A stretch of 63,877 bases of DNA, the filler included, from Octopus bimaculoides (taxonomy: Eukaryota), in assembly GCF_001194135.2 (NCBI RefSeq). It is 6 parts of 5 records of this genome, joined end to end, with 100 filler letters (N's around TTAATTAATTAA, not from the genome) between each part and the next. Parts side by side here need not be neighbours in the genome. Positions count along the whole stretch, not along the records: positions 49,726 to 62,573 come from NC_068991.1; positions 62,674 to 63,877 come from NC_068989.1; 4 more parts are not named here. One strand, 5' to 3'. A model generated the notes under the pieces. The model was not told the DNA's origin. It saw nothing but the letters and a program-made list of their open reading frames with translations, and did no database searches. This document shows positions 61,181-63,877 of the stretch, piece after piece. Made by a program: the position numbers and the translations under genes. Each line of letters opens with the position of its first letter. Within the stretch, counting starts at the first letter, position 1.

Positions 61181-62943
61181 GTAGAATACGCTAGGAGGTT
61201 TGACAACCCAAAATATACATGAAAAGGCAAAAATTAGAGCAAAGTGCTGAGACACAGAATATCTGACATGCAAACGTGATGACAACTGTCCAGGAAAATG
61301 GAAATTGCAGGATGCAAGAGTCAAAGTGTTTTAAGTCAGTAAGAGCGGTCGGTCACTTGCAGAGGATGTTGGCTGCTAGGACATAAGTAGTGATAAAGCA
61401 ACTAAAATTATAGAATGTGGTGTATGTGTGTATGAACATTGAAACAAGTTAACATATAATATATACAATATTCAAAAATATGTACATACATAAGTAAGGT
61501 GCTGAAAAAGAAAGTGATATGCAAAGAAAAGTGCAAAAAAGAAAACCAGACAATAGAAATGCAATACAATGCACAGGCAAGGAAATGTTCCAGTCTTTAA
61601 AGTTCAATGAAGACTGAAGTGGCCAATATGTCTAAAGGTGTCCTTCACACGGCTGAGGAAGAGAAATAACAGCAGCAATTGCCATGTCCGACACGATGAA
61701 GCAATGAGAAATGCTGTGAGAAGTTTGTTCTTCAGCACAAAAAACAATGCTGAGCAGGAAAACTCCAGTCAAAGTGAAGCAAATGGCACCAGTGCAAATG
61801 TGTGCAAGACCACAAGGTCATTCTTGGGAGGAGAAAGTCATCCAACATGTTGAAAATGGAAGTAAGACATATTTAACCACTACACGATGGTGCTACAATG
61901 AACATACATATCCTGTACACTCTACAAACAATTATAACATCATTTTTTTTAAAAACTGGTATGTTGGACACTTGTATTTTGTTCTCTCTTGAATTTTTTT
62001 TTTTTGAAAAATATTTCGGAATCTAATATTCCAACGTCAGGGTCACCAATGTAATCAAAATATTACAGCCATGACTTTCCTTTCATTTCGGTTTTCAGGC
62101 TTAATGTATCTTGTAGTATCAATGCATCTTTTATTTTTTAAGGTGATAGTGTGATTTGTGAGAGGTTTGGCCACAGATTCTAGCAAATTGAGAAACCACA
62201 CAAGGGCTGGCTCCTCTTGTATAATATTATCTCAATCATTGTTTTGCTTTTTGTATGCAGGTATGCATTGGACAAGACTTCTTGACACAGTTTTCTGTAG
62301 CTAGATATCTTTCCTGATGCCTCCTTTGTTTTCAAGAAAGGTACTTTATTCCAGTGGTCTTTACATGTCAAACAACTGACTGTCAGGGCATATTTTTTAT
62401 ACAGATCTTAAACAAACATCATCAAAGCAAATTTATGCACAGACACTCAGAACGTTTGCACTGACTTGTATATTGAGTTCTACAGGCTATAAGCCTCACA
62501 ATGCCTACATAAAATTTGAATATATATGTATATACATCTATGTATATATATGTATGTGTATATATATATATATNNNNNNNNNNNNNNNNNNNNNNNNNNN
62601 NNNNNNNNNNNNNNNNNTTAATTAATTAANNNNNNNNNNNNNNNNNNNNNNNNNNNNNNNNNNNNNNNNNNNNACACACACACACACACACACATCATAC
62701 TCTTCCGCTCGCTTTGTTCCTATATATGTCTGCCGCTCTCACATTCTCATTTTATCATTTCATATCTCTCCCTCTTTATACTCGTATGCTCAATATCAGA
62801 CAACATCCACACGCTAACAGAGACACACATATTTTTCTCTCTCTCCCTCTCTGTCCGTGTGTGTCTCTCAGTCTTTGTCTCTATCTGTCTGTCTGTCTCT
62901 CTGTCTCTCTGTCTCTCTGTCTCTGTCTGTCTGTCTGTCTGTC

Positions 62944-62983
<40 letters not shown>

Positions 62984-63124
62984 TGTCAGTGTCCTTTCTT
63001 CCCTCTCTGTTATTTTGTTTTTCTCTATTCCCTTCAACACCTCTTCTTCCCACTCTCAATACATCTTTACATAGTTATCTCTTTGTATCTGTCTCGCCTC
63101 TTTATTACTCTGCCTACCATTTTT

Positions 63125-63170
<46 letters not shown>

Positions 63171-63586
63171 ACATACAAATATATGTATATGCATACACAC
63201 ACACACATACACACACAAAAACACATATGCATAAATATATATATACATATATACATATTCGTATAAGTACGTATGTATTTGTATGCCTATACACACATAC
63301 ATACATATTTACGTACATATATATACATATATACTATAACACGACATAAAAGCAAGCACACACACACATATGTATACATATATATAATGAATGTTTTCTT
63401 TTATGTCGAGTTATGATAAAAACAATTTAACATTAATAATAATAATAACTCAATACTTTCTGTAGAGTATGTATTTATTATATTTTCACAAGACAAATTC
63501 TCGACAGTGACTTCGAAGTTTCGGCAAAAGCATACAGCCAAGTATATAAAAAACACAATCTGACAAGACCTTGCACTCTGATAATA

Positions 63587-63803
63587 AGGCGGTGAGTTAG
63601 GAGAAACGTTAGCACGCAGAGCGAAATGCTTAGCGGTATTTCGTCTGTCGTTGTGTTCTGAGCTCAAATTCTGCCGAGGTCGACTTTGCCTTTCATCCTT
63701 TCGGGGTCGATAAATTAAGTACCAGATGCGTACTGGGGGTGATCTAATCGACTGGTACCCTTTCCCAAAAATTTCGGGCCTTGTATTTAGAGCAGAAACG
63801 AAT
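63587..63803 (+). mobile_element. SINE family A, full length
   Basis: GGCGGTGAG head, B-box-like GAGCTCAAATTC, GAGGTCGACTTTGCCTTTCATCCTTTCGGGGTCGATAAATTAAGTACCAG, GGGCCTTGT tail. Confidence 0.9.
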
Positions 63804-63805
63804 AA

Positions 63806-63877
63806 GCCGGCGAGCTGGCAGAGTCTTGAGCACGACGGGTATTTCGCCCGTCGTCGCTATGTTCTGAGTTCGAATAC
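63806..63877 (+). mobile_element. Second SINE family A head, tandem to the previous copy, cut by the window end
   Basis: CGGCGAGCTGGCAGAG...GTTCTGAGTTCGAAT. Confidence 0.75.

Noticed and set aside
63470-63540. Minus-strand GAAAC-TTCGAA-GTC resembling hammerhead helix III
   Set aside because: The upstream CUGANGA core is absent.
1-63877. CRISPR arrays, rRNA or tRNA genes, prokaryotic operons
   Set aside because: The tandem repeats lack unique spacers, the tRNA-like boxes belong to SINE heads, and the sequence is eukaryotic in character.

Overview
Eukaryotic, AT-rich and very repeat-dense DNA. The SINE, microsatellite, RTE, Penelope and mariner content points to a cephalopod (Octopus-like) genome; this is inference from repeat patterns. 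The window is six short scaffolds (1-7994, 8095-18002, 18103-41137, 41238-49625, 49726-62573, 62674-end) joined by identical 100-bp gaps (44 N + TTAATTAATTAA + 44 N), so adjacency across these joins is unproven. I found no complete host gene, rRNA, tRNA gene or CRISPR array. Most listed ORFs are microsatellite or N artefacts. Supportable content: decayed LINEs (RTE, two CR1-like, three R4/Dong-like, one HERO-like with a 44-bp flanking duplication), a Penelope-like RT/linker fragment, four mariner remnants (two with both TIRs), many SINE copies of several families, and a few splice-site-supported exons, including a probable split PAN/apple domain. The most interesting signal is a set of type I hammerhead ribozyme motifs of three architectures. 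42082-42167 (+) has a full consensus core and an extended stem I. 53318-53446 (-) has a consensus core with a large stem II and sits inside a foldback. 38646-38680 (+) is minimal with a U4C change, and 41909-41948 is a dead copy. Several long foldback or palindromic elements are present, and one scaffold is CpG-depleted. Hammerheads in Penelope-like elements and retrozymes are a known class; whether these particular families are described needs a database search.
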